From positions 13,134 through 77,133 of the forward strand of contig JBEKHV010000009.1 of assembly GCA_050012095.1 (NCBI GenBank): a DNA stretch of 64,000 nucleotides, given 5' to 3'. Shown in pieces: positions 63,339 to 64,000 of this stretch. How positions within the stretch are numbered: the stretch's first letter is position 1; each line of letters starts with the position of its first letter. Made by a program: the position numbers and the translations under genes. The DNA comes from Bryobacteraceae bacterium. GTDB taxonomy: Bacteria > Acidobacteriota > Terriglobia > Bryobacterales > Bryobacteraceae. The notes below the pieces were generated by a model. That model had not been told where the DNA came from. It saw nothing but the letters and a program-made list of their open reading frames with translations, and ran no database searches.

Positions 63339-64000
63339 CTATGCGCGCGATTTCTTCCCAGGCAATCCCGCCGGGTTCTCGTGCGTTCGCTCGCGAAACT
63401 GGCCGCCCAGACTGGCGGCCAGGGATACCGCCGAATCGCCGAAGCGATCGCGCAGTTTGTCGGCGGCGGCCATGGCGCGCGACCACTTCTCGCGGCGCTC
63501 CTCGCCCACCAAATCCATCTGCGCGCCGGCTTCGGCCCAGGACGAAACATGCACGCCCAGCAGCCGCACCTTCGCGCCCGGCTTCCAGTTCGCGCGGAAC
63601 AGAGCGCGGATTTCCTCGAACAGCTCTGTGTCGATATCAGTTTCGCGCTCCAGCGTTCGGGCGCGCGTGATGGTCGAAAAGTCCGCGTAGCGCAGCTTGA
63701 GCTGAATGACGCGCGCCCGCAGGCCGTTCTCGCGCAGGCGGCGGCCTACCATTTCGCACAGCCGCGCGAGGGTCGGGTCGATTTGCTCCAGCTTCGCCGT
63801 GTCCTCTGAAAAGGTGTGCTCGTGGCTGATGGACTTCGGCCCTTCCTCCGCGCCGAGCTCGCCATCGAACCACGCGCCGGCGTCCAGGCCGTGCGATTTG
63901 CCGGCCAGCGCCAGGCCCCACTTCCCGAACCGCTGCTCGAGGAACTTCGCATCGAGCTTCGCCAGGTCGCCGACTTTGCGGATGCCTAGGGCGTGCAGGT
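63339..64000 (-). CDS. dinB: DNA polymerase IV (Y-family), C-terminal two thirds; the 5' end runs off the window
   Basis: The frame is open to the window edge: LHALGIRKVGDLAKLDAKFLEQRFGKWGLALAGKSHGLD ... SISHEHTF ... a little-finger region, then a stop at 63339. Confidence 0.85.
   Translation of the reverse strand, partial: LHALGIRKVGDLAKLDAKFLEQRFGKWGLALAGKSHGLDAGAWFDGELGAEEGPKSISHEHTFSEDTAKLEQIDPTLARLCEMVGRRLRENGLRARVIQLKLRYADFSTITRARTLERETDIDTELFEEIRALFRANWKPGAKVRLLGVHVSSWAEAGAQMDLVGEERREKWSRAMAAADKLRDRFGDSAVSLAASLGGQFRERTHENPAGLPGKKSRA

Overview
GC-rich bacterial chromosomal window. Gene content and the style of the paralog families are reminiscent of Acidobacteriota, but I cannot verify this without a database. 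All product calls rest on motif recognition by eye.

(1) Positions 1-7.1 kb hold a head-to-tail array of three paralogous secreted beta-propeller-repeat genes. They are interleaved with a 54-aa Cys-containing peptide gene that is too short for the ORF track, and with a decaying SipW/ER-type signal-peptidase-like ORF. This repeated module is the most unusual thing in the window.

(2) Positions 7.4-45.5 kb are one almost uninterrupted minus-strand exopolysaccharide/O-antigen-type locus.
- It is headed by a NusG/RfaH-like gene with an ops-like GGCGGTAGCTTG element in its leader, then an RHH protein and Wza-like and Wzc-like export genes.
- Next comes a nucleotide-sugar block: RfbF, RfbH(E1)-like, a TPP enzyme, a NeuB-like/KdsC-like pair, SDRs and a C-methyltransferase-like enzyme.
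- The rest comprises about 10 glycosyltransferases, Wzx-like and Wzy-like proteins, acetyl- and methyltransferases and a radical SAM/SPASM protein.
- Several recombination scars are visible: a duplicated 96-bp gene start, a truncated SDR and a 21-bp perfect inverted repeat.

(3) Positions 45.7-52.1 kb are a mosaic region bracketed by a ~115-bp fragment and the intact copy of a Zn-alcohol-dehydrogenase gene. It carries a GT-C-like membrane protein, a phage-type DUF968/HNH-like ORF, a fourth propeller paralog, a C-terminal stub of a fifth, and an IS630-like transposase remnant.

(4) Positions 52-64 kb are mostly housekeeping and repair genes: ADH, FtsB, CutA, HAD, PolX, NUDIX, a DinB-family protein and Pol IV. 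Also present are:
- a GAF sensor kinase whose His, ATP-binding and Asp sites all look degenerate;
- an orphan Cas6-like RAMP gene followed by a single CRISPR-repeat-like hairpin;
- an MNT antitoxin with a degraded HEPN partner.

No rRNA, tRNA or CRISPR array was recognised. Many long ORFs in the track are antisense shadows of real genes.
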